A stretch of DNA of 64,000 bases from the human T2T-CHM13v2.0 reference genome, Homo sapiens: NCBI RefSeq assembly GCF_009914755.1, contig NC_060930.1; one strand, written 5' to 3'. The notes under the pieces are model-generated. The model made no database searches. It was not told where the DNA came from and saw only the letters and a program-made list of their open reading frames with translations. The position numbers and the translations under genes are program-made. This document shows positions 43,101-57,800 of this stretch, piece after piece (position 1 is the first letter of the stretch; the number at the start of each line of letters is the position of its first letter).

Positions 43101-44344
43101 AAAAATATCCTTTTGGCAGCAGTGTGGAGGATGAAGTAGAGAAGTAGGCTGGAGGGGGGTATTGTGGTAATCTGGGGTGAGGAAGGTCTGAAATCAGACC
43201 ACAGCAGAAGGCCTGGAGGAGAGAAGAGGGTGGATGAGAGAAATTTAGGAGTGAGAGGAGTCAGGATTCAGTGACTGGATGAGGCTGGAGATGGAGCCAT
43301 TACAGGGACAAGGCTTGCACGAAGTGATAATATTCTTCCTTTAGCAGGAGAAAGAAATTTAACTTTGAACCAGATGTGAGATGAGACCACATGTTAGAGG
43401 GTGTTTGAAGAAATTGAATGACTGCCTTCTAGCTGAGTAAGATTTTCAAGTGAAGTGTAACTGTGTCCAATCCTCTACCAAAAGAGAATACACAGCAGGA
43501 CGGCTGCTTTCAAGACCAGAGGAGGGCCAGGGCTTTTTATGTGAGCACCATGAATTTGTGTATGAAGTAGGAAGAATGTGAGAGGAGTCACTAGACCCTA
43601 CAGGAACTCACAAATTCTCAGGCGTGTGATGTTTCATGGAACCCTGAATGCTTCTTTGAAAATGATGGAAATCATATAGTAGCCTTAAGAAAGATTCATG
43701 AAGCGAGTGTTGTGTTAAACTCTAGTCTCAGAGTGTTAGTTCTAAATTATTCCCAGCCTTGGGTAAAATCCCTTAATGGTTTTTTTTCTTTATCATTTGA
43801 TCAACTGCAGTGACCTAGAGCTATCAGCTAGATTGAATTAGAGGGTTACCCTTCCTCAAGGAAGGCAGGTGGAAATACACCGTACAAAGCCATTTCTCAG
43901 GGATAATTTATTTTCTCCTTTAATTCACAGCTGGCTATTTGATGGTAAGCTAATTGGCTGAATGTGAAATATTTAGATGTTTTGTTTCATATGATATCCC
44001 AAATTGGTTTATTTTACAGGCTGAATTTACTGAATTAATCAATTATGTGACTGTCATCCAATTATTTTCCTGTCAACCATTCCAAAAGTGTGAACATTTC
44101 CAATAATGCTAAGAATTACTTCGAAAAGTTTGATGTAGTTTGTCTTTTAAAGGGTGTTTCAGAGGAGATAAGTATCCAAATATATATTAAAAATGTAAAT
44201 CTTGTATTTCACGTTGTATTATTGGGTGCATTTTTCTAATGATTTAAGAGATTAGATGAAAACTACTTCGGAAGCTATTGTTTCCCAAATCTTAGGCTTG
44301 GTAATAAGAGAAGAGGGAAACACAGCCAATTAAGAATGGTTTCT

Positions 44345-44780
<436 letters not shown>

Positions 44781-44884
44781 CTATCTTATCTGTCTATAGA
44801 AAAAGAAAAATAGAACCGTGATTTCAGGATCAAAAGAAGTACAAATTGAACATTTTGAAAGTATGCATTTAAATGCTAAATAGG

Positions 44885-45199
<315 letters not shown>

Positions 45200-45256
45200 C
45201 TAATGAGGAACATATTTATAAACACCCACAATAATAATGCCTTTTTGTTTTCTAAG

Positions 45257-45368
45257 GTGCAAAGAAGATGATAAAATATAATCAAGAAAAGTCAGATGAA
45301 AACACAAGCCTCCAGGAAAGTTGCAGCCAACCAATTTCACAATCTTGTTCCAGGAGTGCCTGACCCAG
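45257..45368 (+). other. Candidate non-coding exon
   Basis: ctttttgttttctaag|G acceptor and CAG|gtaata donor; stop codons in all three frames. Confidence 0.3.
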
Positions 45369-48000
45369 GTAATAACTTTGATTCACAACTCAGACATTAG
45401 AAAAAGCAGCTATGGAAATTAATCTAATGGACAACATAGTTGTTTGAATTTTTACATCGGAAATGTCTGAATCTCCATCTTCCTAAGGGAGACACTTCGG
45501 AGGCAGTCATACTGACAGTTGTAGTACTGAAACCTGTGTTGTCCTGTCACTAAACTGTAAAATGCAAGATGTTTGGAAGACTAACACATAAACTGGCCCA
45601 AACTGGTCAGGATGATTGTTTTCCTATCTTTTCTCACCATGTTGTAGTCTATCAAAAAGAGCTGTAGTCTGCTTCTGGATAGAAAAAAAGAAGTTTTTTT
45701 GACAGGCCATCACAAAACAGCTATTTTAAAATGAGCAGTAGATTTTAATCTTAGTAGACTAAGGGTGGCTTTTGTCACACACTTTTGACTACCTAAATTG
45801 AAGGCTTTCAAAAGGAAAACATTCAAAAGAACCCCCAGTGAGTCAGCAAAGACTTTGAAAAGATTGTGTATATTTTCTAAAGCATATTTTTAAAAAAATC
45901 ATGTACAGGGGGAAAGTGTAGAACATGTACCCACAAGAGCTAAATTTAAAAAGTGTGCGTACAGTGAACACATGCGTAGCATATGGATGCGGCTGACGGA
46001 AGAGGGCCTGGCCTCCATTCAAGACACCACTCACAGCAGATGCACCGTCATAAATTTGAGCTACACAGCCACATCCTTGCTGGTCAGGTTCCAGTCAGTT
46101 GTCTTTGAATCCAGTATGGTTAATGTACCCTCAAACTCCAGTTTTCATTTTGGTAGGAGGGAAGAGAAATTCCTATGTGCAAAAGCCAAATTGCACACAT
46201 CCCAGACTGATAAATAGTCATTCATTCTTTACCTCTTGCGAGACATTGGCAAGTAAAATCCCTGGCAACTTTTCATTTCAGCTTTTTAGCCTAACAGATT
46301 TTGCCCATTGTCTGTCATCTGATTCCAACATGCATCAAGGATGGACAGTCAGACTTGATAGGATTACCACGTTTTCTAGTATTAAATAATATTTCTCAAA
46401 CAAATTAAAAGGCTCTGAATGTAACAAGTAGTAAGAAAACCCTTACTACTTTTCCTTTTGTGTTCTCTCGACGCCCCAAAAAAGTACTACATTCATTTAT
46501 TTGCTGGTGAGGTTCTTGGTTGTTCACTTAAAATGGTGACACAGGTGCTAAAACATTTTTAACATATTTGTGAACTATGTAAGTATCTTACAATTCAAAT
46601 CAAATCTTTGAATTATCTCTATATGGACCTAAAGATGAAGTAGTTTATTACTGTTATCTGCAGATTCATGCAATAACTGAGGACTTTGATGATGAAAGGT
46701 GCAGTGTTCAGCCAGACCAGCAACGGGTGAAACGTACCGTCTCCACAAATCAAATAGATGGTCGTCTTTGGTCCTCACTGGATGGGTAGAGCAGATGTTG
46801 GTAGGGAGGGGCCTGCTTTGCACAATCCTTTGGACAAATAATTTGATAACTTTGGCAGAATTGAATCTACTAATTTGATTCTTAGAATTCTAGGTGGTGG
46901 AACAGTACCAGATGCCTCACAAAATATTAGCATCCATGTTTAACTGCTCCTCATCACATCCTCTTCACTCCTCTTTGGGGAGCTTCATTTTAAATTAGAT
47001 GCAGCTGCGGAGTGAAAGATTTCTTTCATGTTCCTATTTAGTATGAAAACAATAGCAAAAATAAACATTCAATTTCCTAACTTTTCGGAATTCTTCCTTT
47101 GGCTTTGACATTTTTTTTTTTTTAATGGGAGAGGGACGGTTTGATCAGGGTGCTGTTTTAGAGACCATCTAACAGAAATTCCATGGAGAACTATTCGTTT
47201 TTCACATTCTTCCAGCAAAATTCACTAAATGTGCCTGAGGTGCTCATTTCAAAAATTGCATATAAGCAGGTTATTTTCTCTAATTCTGACAAGTTTCAAT
47301 CACATATTTATTTCATTTGATTCATTTTAGTGAAGTGGACATTAATCCTACTTTGTTTAATTTCATTGCTCAAGGAATTAATGTGTCATTTGTTGGTTAC
47401 TAGGTTTCAAAAGAGAAGGGAAAAGAAACACTTGGGAAAAATGGAAGTTTCATCTCTGGCCTGCATTACAGCTTCTGGCATATTTTTAGATGCCAATAAG
47501 TAATGTCAAAGAAACAGCTGTTAAAATGATCCTGCTTAACAGCCATAAAGGAATGAAGATTTCCACAGAGAGCTTTGTGAGTATACCTGGCATGTGTATC
47601 ATTGTTTGACTTATTTCCACTTGATAATCAGGGAAGTTTAATTCTCCTTTCTCTCTTTCTCATTCTCCTCTTGCCATGAGTTTTCTTTTCTTTTGTCATA
47701 GCCTTGCAAGTTGCAAAGAATTGCTGTTTTTCAGCTCCCTACAGTGAAATAATGGGAAACAGGAAGTCTACTCTCTTTGTGTCATTTGGGATAACTCATT
47801 CTGGAGTTTGTTTCTTGAGTTACATTTGCCTATAGATACAAAGTGATCTAAAGGGCAAACCAGAAAGGGAAAGCCTAGAATAGCCTCTTTGTCTGGGGCC
47901 TTTCAAATCTCTGCAGTCATTAATACTTTATCGACTACCTGTGGAATAAGAAATGTCTGGGTTGGCTGCTTCTAGCAAAAAAAGTTTATTTTCCCTTCAG

Positions 48001-48186
48001 ATCAGTCTCCGTGGAGCTGCCATTTCCTGCTGACTGCGAGACAAGATGGAGTGCCAGATTGTCATTTAGTTTAACTCCATGGAAATGAGGCAAGGGAATC
48101 TGACCATGATTAAACCTTTGCATCCAGCAAAAGAACACAGGGCAATCAAGGAAACCTTCTGCTGGCCCTCGGGGGACAGACTGTTG
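48001..48186 (+). other. Candidate non-coding exon
   Basis: ttattttcccttcag|A acceptor and TTG|gtaagt donor; stop codons in all three frames. Confidence 0.35.
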
Positions 48187-48468
48187 GTAAGTTTGCAAGA
48201 CGTGTTAGGCTGGCAGACGGGGAGTCCCCAGGAACACAGAGGTGACAAAAACTCTTGGCATTCATTTATTCAGACCTTTCATTATGCCAGAATCGAAGCA
48301 CTTCCTTTAAGGAGGCTGCCCTAAAGATATGGCTAGCTTTTATGACCAAGAAAAGGTAAACAGAAAAACAGACCCATCAGAGGAATGACCAACCACAATG
48401 CTCAGGAGAGGTCTAGCACAACTCAACCATTCCAGCTGTTTTCCTGACTTCTGTGTGTGTACATACAT

Positions 48469-48470
<2 letters not shown>

Positions 48471-48512
<42 letters not shown>
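48471..48512 (+). repeat. (CA)n microsatellite, about 21 units
   Basis: Read directly from the sequence. Confidence 0.97.
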
Positions 48513-48514
<2 letters not shown>

Positions 48515-50117
48515 CTTTGTCAACCTCAGTTTTGCAAGTCTCTTGTTCAATTGCTTGTATAGGACTTAGAGGAAAGAGAAATGAGCATCAAAATAAACTT
48601 CTTTCTTTCTCTTTCTCTCCAGTTCTTAATTCTTAAATTCCCTAGTTTAAATGAAACAATTTTAAAAGACAAATTTACTTAGAGCAATAATAGCCACTTT
48701 AAAAAATTTGTAAAGTATCTTTTAAAATTCATTATAAAAGCATATTTTGTGTGTCAATTTTGCAGATAGATTTAAAAAATTTCTGGGTTCCCCAAAACAT
48801 TTTTGTTTGTCTTCTCACATTTGCTTGTAATATGTGTAACAGCAATGTGGACCTAGCCATTACGTGCACCTAGACCTAAAAGTGTATAATGTGGTTCAGG
48901 TTTTGTGGGTTGAAATTTAAATTTCCATAAATTATCTTGCTCACAGTCCAATTTCTGTTAAGCACCAATTTAATTTCTTGCAGGTCTCAGGCTTGTGGCT
49001 TCATGCTAATTTGTCAGGCTGCTGGTGTTGTATTGATTAAGTAGTTATATTCTTAAGGACTTTTCAACTAGTAGCAAATTTATATTTATTAGTTAGCTGG
49101 ACAGAATAGGAATACTCAGCATGTTGCCCAAGTTTCAGTTTAGCACTTAATTTTGCAAACTGTTTTACACTGCTATTTTTGCAAATTATTTCCCACAACA
49201 GTCCTGTGAGATAGGCTAACGATGTTGTCCAGAAGCTGTCTAGGTTTTAGAAACGGTACATGATGTGTCCTGAGACAGCAGCAGAGCCAAGATTAGAATT
49301 CACAGTTCCTGGGGCTCAGGCAGCCACGCCTTGCCACCCATTCAATATGTCCACCCCCTTCTTTTAATTATATTAAGTTTCAGTGCCACTGCAGAGTAAC
49401 AGATTAAGATAAAATAACACCGTTCAAATGGAAATGGAGTCCATATCCGCAAAGGCAGAGCCTGGCATTCAGTGTCCTGAGTGGTGCCTCTTGAGGGGCT
49501 GAATGCTCCCTTTCCTCTGCAGTCCCCTAGAGAAATGGCTCCCTGACAAGCTCTTTCTAGCCCTCTTCTGAGTCAGGATGTTTGAACTGAAAAATTATTT
49601 AGTTCAACTCCTTGTTTTGCAGATACGGAAAGCCAGGTCCGGAGAGATTGAGTTTTGCCCAAAGCCTCAATGCAAAATTGGGTCAGTGTCATGGGAAGAA
49701 CCCAAATCTCCAGATGCTGCCTTCAGCACTCTGTTCCCTGAACTACCCTGTTTCTCAAGACTGGCTCCTGAACCACTTTCCATGGAGTTAGAAAGTGAAT
49801 GGAGGTATCAGTCATTGTCCATACAGCATGAATTTGGAGGGTTTTCTAATTTAAAGGAAGCCTAGGGCTTCACATAGCTTGTAGACAGAAGATGAGATTA
49901 AAGTAAAAGAACTGATAAGTAATATTTTCTATTTCGTCAAGTAATGTTACCAGCTGTGTAATGAGAGCTATGTCTACAAAATCCAGAACGAATTGGAGAC
50001 TTCAAATTGTTACTGCAGATAGCTAAATCAAACTAATTATCCGGGCCTCAAATAGAACTTTGTGGTCTGAATGAGATGGAGAATAATTTGTACTGTAAGT
50101 AAATTCCGTTTCTTCAT

Positions 50118-50577
50118 TGTGAAAAACACACATTCACCTGTCCAAACCCAAAGAATGGACTCAGAGACACGAAGAACAGTGAAAGCAAGTCTTTTAATGG
50201 TGGTCTTGCAAGATAGGGTGTTTGGTAGGTAGGTTCATCCGGGGCAGTTACAGAAGGTAATTTATCTCCTAGCATGCAAGTCCCTCCCTTAGTTCCTCAT
50301 TGGTTGAGTACTGTGGGGTTACAATCTTCCCGGATGTCGCCTAAGTTTCATGATCCCCCTTATAAGGTTATACCCCACCCCCCTCCCTGCTTAAGTTTCG
50401 ATTTCCCGATAATGAAACTTTCTTCCCTTTTATGGGCTGACCCCTCCTCTACATTCTGTTCACTTATCGTGACCTTCTAGGTGCATGAGATGTGCGGTTT
50501 GTTACATCCACAGGCTGGCCGCCAGTACTTAGATTTATCATGCCTTGAAAATGGACCATTTAAAATGTTTTTTCACA
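50118..50577 (-). mobile_element. ERVL-class solo LTR (LTR32-like)
   Basis: tgtgaaaaa...tttttcaca inverted termini; 5-bp TSD ttcat/ttcgt; minus-strand CCAAT, GATAAA and ATTAAA in LTR order. Family assignment from recall. Confidence 0.85.
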
Positions 50578-50678
50578 TTCGTGATAATTGTTAATATGTA
50601 AAAATGTTGGGTGAGAAGGCCCAAGTTAGAAAAAAATAACCCAGTGCAATACATGCTTTTGAAAATGTATCCTGGGAC

Positions 50679-50947
50679 CAGAGCTTCCCATACGTCAGTC
50701 ATTCACATACAACTGCCACCATTTTTACTATATCTGCATGTTTCCATTAAATTCACTTTTTAATATAAGTAAATGTATGAAAAAAGAAAGCTTTGTAAAA
50801 CTATAACATGGAAAACCAGTATAATTTGCCAAAATCAATTAAAGTAAATTTGCAATTATAAAAACCTTAAAAAGTTTATGTGTGCTTTTATTAGAACCAT
50901 CTTATGCATGACCAGCAGTGTGTGTACTGTGCCTTGGGAGACGTTGG
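50679..50947 (+). mobile_element. MER113-like hAT fossil
   Basis: cagagcttccca...cagtcattcacatac...aaaaccagtataatttgcc...ttgggagacgttg. Confidence 0.55.
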
Positions 50948-51039
50948 TCTAGGCTAGCAGTAACCAATATTTTTTAGAGGTAGGGGGAGGAAACTCAGAA
51001 CCATTCTATTTGGCCTCACACAGATAGATACTTGGAAAA

Positions 51040-52062
51040 GAAGTATATTTTCATCATCTTAGAAAACTGTAGATATTCTTCTTTGGTTCTGCAACAAAGC
51101 TCAATAATATAGATTATGAAACGAAATCAACGAACTTTTACTTTAAAGTCTATTGGTCTACCTTGCACTTTGAATGAATTTCTTTACCCATGCCTCATTT
51201 TGTAAAAGGATGCATTGATTATTTGGAAAACATTGTTTCGCTGGGCTATGCAGAGCTTCCAAATTTTGGCAAAAAATCATATTTTTTTAATATCACCACC
51301 AGCCATGTAAGGAAAGTATTTAAACTTTGGAAATCTGTTAATCTCATGGTGGCAGATACAAGTTTCCAAAATTCTAATTTTTACCTGAAAGCTCCCACTT
51401 TATTATTTAGGACAAATACTGAAAAACACAGGTTCTTTTTTTCCCTTCAGTTGAGAGGTCCACTTAGTTCATTTTCAAGAAAATGTCATTACATACCAAA
51501 GTCTCAATAATCATAGTTTGTCTGCAAGTTAAACTTCCTCAAATCAAAGTTTGTAAGTCTGAAAGTCTTAACAGAAAACTGGCTGGTGCTTTGTGACAAA
51601 GGTGGCTAGGTCAGCTGCAACTCAGCCACACAGGTGGTTTTCCTTGAGACAACCGTTGTACTTTGCTATGAAGCAGTACTTCATGTGTGCACTACATTTC
51701 ATCACACAAAATATTTAAAATACGTGTATTCAAGGGTTGAAATTTAATAAAATCAATAACTGCTTCATCAAAGACACTCTTAGTTAAATTGTTGCTTTTT
51801 TTCCTTTTTTTTTTTTTTTTGCTACGAGTGTATGATATTGAAGAATACAATGACTATAAGCAAAGTTTGGTGCCACTGCCTTGATGCGTATTAAGGGGCC
51901 AGTGGTTTTATTCACCATTGCTTTAGCACTATCAGTACAAAAGTCAACCCTGACAGGCAAATAACATCTTGATATTAGTGTGAAAATAGTTCTGATCTCA
52001 CAAATCCCCTGAAAGGATCTTGTTGACCTTCAATGATCTGTGGCCACACTTTGAAACCTGCT
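51040..52062. mobile_element. Charlie1 (hAT) fragment
   Basis: ggtctaccttgcactttgaatg, ctcatggtggcagatacaagtttccaaaattctaattttt and the terminal ccacactttgaaacctgctg. Confidence 0.8.
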
Positions 52063-52133
52063 GATTTAGGCCAATTTGTAAAATTAAGGGAAAAGGAAAG
52101 GAATCTAATTTATTATACACCTTATAAACATTA

Positions 52134-52506
52134 TGTTATGAACTGAATTGTGTCCTCCCAAAATTCATATGTTGCAGTCCCACCCCCCAGAATTTAACCA
52201 TATTTAGAGACAAGTCCTTGCAAGAATTTAAAGGGAGGCCATTAGGGTGGGGCCCCAATCCAATATGACCGGTGTCCTTATAAGAAGAGGAAGAGACACC
52301 AGGGACACAAGTATACAAGGGACAACCATATGAAAAAGCAGCAAGAGGATGGCCATCTGCAAGCCGAGTGGCCTTAGAGGAATCCACTCCTGCTAGGACC
52401 TTGATCTTGGACTTCCAGCCTCCAAAACTGTCAGAAAATACATTTCTGTTGTTTAAGCCACCCATTCTGGGGCATCTTATTGTGGCAGCCCTAGCAAACT
52501 AATACA
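52134..52506 (+). mobile_element. MLT1A/B MaLR solo LTR
   Basis: tgttatgaactgaattgtgtcctcccaaaattcatatgttg...ggcagccctagcaaactaataca. Confidence 0.9.
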
Positions 52507-53597
52507 TATTGGCATCATATGATGACATGATGATACATAAATGATGACATTTATGATGCTAATAGTCATCCTAAAAACTTTGAAGTACATATTGACATCC
52601 TCATTTTATGGAGGTGGTGGTGGAAGCTTGGGGAAGATAGGTAATTTGCCAAGCTCATTCTGCTAAGAGAGGAAAAAGCCAAAATTCAGATGTGACCGCA
52701 AAGCCAGAAGTCCCAGAGCCAGTGCATGAGTGAGCTCAGATAGAAATTCAGATCCCAGTGCTCCGTCTGTGACATCAAGTTGCCCTGTAGAAGTGAGAAT
52801 GTTGTTTCCTACTAATGATCCTAATAAATAGAAAACCTAAGTTGTAAATAAACAATTTCTACTAACAGTACAATGTAAATACTACTCTAATGAATGATTT
52901 TACAAAATTTTATTTCTGCTGTATGGACACTGCATTAAAAAAAAATTATAAATAGGCAGAGACCAGTGTGACTCAAACACAGAATTTTATCACAAATACA
53001 AACTACAAAAACCAATCCTACCCTTCTTTCTCTAATAGACACGTCTGGAGGAGCTAAACCAACAACTTAAAGAAATAAATAAATGACCTAACACCTCCTG
53101 CTGGAACCTGTGACCTCTCTTTGCCGTTCTTGTAATGTGCCATTGATTGGCCAGTCGGAAGGGACACTGTTTCAGCAGCCTGCTGTCCATGAGAGAATGA
53201 CTTCTTTCTCCGCTTGGTGTCTCAGTTGACCCCTCAGGAGGTATGGCTGAGAGTTCAGCATCAAATGGCTTTTAACACCTGGGTTTCATTCTGAATCTCC
53301 CTCAAGTCCCAGCAGTAATGAAGCAATTGTATGTCCTGCCATAATAAATCTGAATCAAAGTGAAGCCAGTACCCCCTTCCTTCCAGGGAGCAGAGTATAT
53401 CAGTTAAGACAGACTAGGAGCATTTTGTGCAGTGCTCTGATCAGAAGGATGGAAGCTCCATCCTTTGGCAGAGAGCAGTTCTGAGTGCTTTTCCTGTGCA
53501 GGTTGCCATTTGTATTAGAAATTTGACTGCAAAAGAGTTTAAGCATTATTGGTGAATTTCTAATCCTTTATTTCAAAGTTCTTGCTTCAGCGATGTC

Positions 53598-53636
<39 letters not shown>

Positions 53637-53641
53637 TTTTT
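53598..53641 (+). repeat. (TTTA)n tetranucleotide repeat
   Basis: About 10 units. Confidence 0.96.
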
Positions 53642-54005
53642 GCATTTAGAATTAATTCAACTGCAAAAAAAGTGCACATCTACCAAATATCAAGCATTGC
53701 ATTAGATACCAGGGGTCTTAAGAAGGATAAGTAGGACATGGATTTTTTTCTCAAAGAAATTTTATTGTCTGTTTGTGTTATCTGAATTCAGAATGCCATT
53801 GCCTCATTAGCCTGTTTCATTGTATTTGTAGTATTTGTCAATGTCAGACAGTCTTTTATTTATTTATTAATGTACTTGTCCATTTCCCCAACCAGAATGA
53901 AGCTCCGCAAAGGCATGTATTGTGTCTGTTTTGCTTATTACTGTGTTATCAGATCTGGAATAGTGCCTTGACACAGTGTAGACATCCATTAAGAATGAAT
54001 AATCT

Positions 54006-54307
<302 letters not shown>

Positions 54308-54477
54308 GAATGAATAATTTACAGCTAACTAACATTGGTACAGTGTACTGACTAGGTCTGAGTAGTTTGAGAACGTTAAGTCTTTTTTTTCTTTAAAGAC
54401 AGAAGTATAATGACTAAGTTTAGAGGATGGACACCATCTTACCCTATACACTTGTATTTTGTTAGAAGAGATTTTGT

Positions 54478-54876
<399 letters not shown>

Positions 54877-57800
54877 TTAAAACCCATCTGAAGCCGCAGT
54901 GCTCTAATAGCTAAAGTGGTTTCCACAAATTATCAATGGAGCAAAGAAATTCTTTTCCAAGAATTCTTTCCTGAGAATCTCTTTAACCTACTTCCTTGGT
55001 TGAAAAAGTAGAAAATGTTTTCATAGGGATGAGCTGTGCAAACCTAATGCCCAAAACATCTGACACTCTTATCTTGAATGACACAGTAGAATTTAAAGAA
55101 CTTGTCATCAAGTGGTCTTTGACAAAAACCTCTGTGGACAGCACCTGCCATTTTGAGAATTTTTACAACCAGAACTGGCTCCGACCTTGCACATCACTTC
55201 TTCAGCAAAAATTCTATCTCCCAAGTCACCTTCTCTGCACCTACTGAGGGATATACATCTCCTTATGGTTTTTGGCATTGGAGTAAGAAAATAAACTGGT
55301 GATGTGTAATGTGATTATGTACCCTTGGACCTTTCATCTATAGTCTTGATTCTGCACATAGAGCGTGCACATGCATGTATGTGTGTGGGTGTGGGTAGAG
55401 GCATGTGGGTTGGTCCTTTGAAGAATGAGATTCTGCAGTTTTCTGCAGTGGACATTTCCTACCTGTGGCTGGCCCAGATGGTAAGAATACTATGCATCCT
55501 TTCTGGCTTTGACTGCTGAGAATGTTACAGTGAGTTTCCTTATTTATGCCCTTTTTTTGGAGTATTAAACATGTCAAATTTGGTGTAGTTAAGAGGCACT
55601 CGTAGAAAGTTTTTTTTAAAGGTCTCTGCATATAAGATGCTTCCATAGCAAGTCATAGAAAAAATTCCCAAGTTTCAGTGTTGACAGATGGTGTTACTCT
55701 GCAATATAAGCAGCAATGTCCTCACGAGACTATTGATTTTGTTTGTGAAATATAAATCCCTATACAATGACGGATGGGCTGGTGAGAAGTGCTTCTTTAA
55801 TAATTCAATAATTTCATTAAACGATCTGGTCCTAAGTAAAACAGAGATGGCAAGATACCTGACCATGGACTGCATTTAAGTCTCATATAAAAATAAGACC
55901 ATGGTCTACTTTTGTTCATGTTTGTCTATTTTGTTTGCTTCAAGATAAAAGGAAGTCTTTCAGTGTGTGAAATCTAAGAAATAGGGCAAACGACATCAGA
56001 TTCTTCCAAGTGTCTCATAGCAGCCATTTTAAGTTCAGTCTGCCCACATTCATGGCAACGGCTTGGTTCACTTGCTTACTAGGTAGGCTTGAACATTGAT
56101 TTATTTTGCCTGCTGCTATTTAGCTTTCTGTTTTCTTAGCAGCTTCCCATCTCAATGGAGCATGGACAGTTTGTAGGAAGTAGAAGCCGATTTGATTCCA
56201 ACACAGCACTTTATTACAGCTAAGAAGGACATATTACCCAAAGTCATCTTCTGATGTGCCAGAAGCAACAACCAAGAAGAATTCTAAGGGGCAAATAAAC
56301 AACCTGAAACTAAATCACAGAAACTCCTGGAAACCCAACTTGAATTAGCCCAAGTGTGTCTGTGCATTTGTGTATTTGTTGTTTATGCACGACAAAGTCC
56401 TACAAAATCAAATTGATTTACTTTACCTTGATTTACTTTAGAAAAAAAATTAAAATATCAGCAAATTCATATTTAGGTTTGCCTTCACAAAGGAGTTATA
56501 AACTTAATGTTTTGTATATTTAATCTGTTATCTTAATTAGGGACTCGTAGATCATCAAAGAGATGTTAAAATAATACAATCAAGAGTCATAGAGTAACAT
56601 GTACAATTTATTTTTTGGCAAGACTCAGAAAAAACAATTTGATATGTTAATGGATCCTAATGGGCAATAGCTATTAATTAAATAAATAACCCATTAGACT
56701 GAGAAGTGAAGTGTCAGTACAAGGACAATGTACTAAAATTGCTGAAGAATAGCAATTAACTTATAGTATTTAGTGGTGGCACAGATATTTATATTTGGTT
56801 TTGTAGATATTTGTGTCAGCTATATCAAATTAATTAAATTAAACCAGCAACTATTTAATAAATCTCTACAATGTGTGTGCAGTGCTATGCTAGGCATTTG
56901 GAATAAAGCAAAAAAGTAGACAACCTGATCTAGACTCTTGGGGAAAATATAGTATAGTAGGGAGAGGCAAGATGTAAGTAATTTTAATATATAATGATTG
57001 TGCATGTTGACATATTAAAAATGTTTTAAGGTATTACACCATCAATTCTTTACCACTTTTATCACTGTCCATCATGACGTACTAACAATTGTTGAGGAAA
57101 AATAATGCTGGGGTAGGGCCTGGGGATAACCAAGAAGGTGTAAATCCTGGCCTCTGCTCAGGAAGCCAGTGATCTAATTTGGAAGGTTGATTGCTAAATG
57201 AAATCTTTGCTGACGCAGAAAGTCCCATGAATAGGAAAGGGAGAAAGAGCTAAGGGCTAGGATATTCTGGCAAGTTTGTGGAGGCGAACTGGAGCTTGAA
57301 GTACAGGTGGAATGTGACTAAACAGAGAGGGGAGGTGGTGGCTCAGGTGGGGACGATGGCCAGAGCCAGCTTCATTGTGAGGCATTAGGGGTGAGGCTGC
57401 AGAAGAGATTTATGTAATGCAGCCACAATGTTGTGCAATCTGGTGATTGAAGAATTTGGACTCGGCTTTCCTGAGGAGAGTGACAGAATCAAAGTGGTTG
57501 TAGAAAGATGTTGATCAGATTGAAGGGTGCTGGGGAGATCTGTGGTAGGAGGGAGTAGGAGCTAGAAGGCAGCAAGACTGGCTGGAGGCCCTTGTGAGGG
57601 GATAAGAGATGAACATGATTTCCTAAAACAGATCACAGCCTTTTTAAGGGAAAGGGAAATGCCTTGCTTTTCCTTGTTTCCTTGTTTTTCCTGTACATTC
57701 AGTCCAGAATGTATAATGCTGTGGAATAACCCCTTGTAGAGCCACTGACTTATGAGACTATCTAAAGACAGGTGCTGACCTTTGCCGCTGATCACTGTAT

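Noticed and set aside
51190-51510. 106-aa ORF inside Charlie1
   Set aside because: No recognisable hAT transposase motifs; a chance ORF in a decayed element.
52518-52560. Repeated ATGATGA resembling snoRNA box C
   Set aside because: No properly spaced box D (CTGA) or terminal stem; this is a degenerate (ATG)n-like low-complexity tract.
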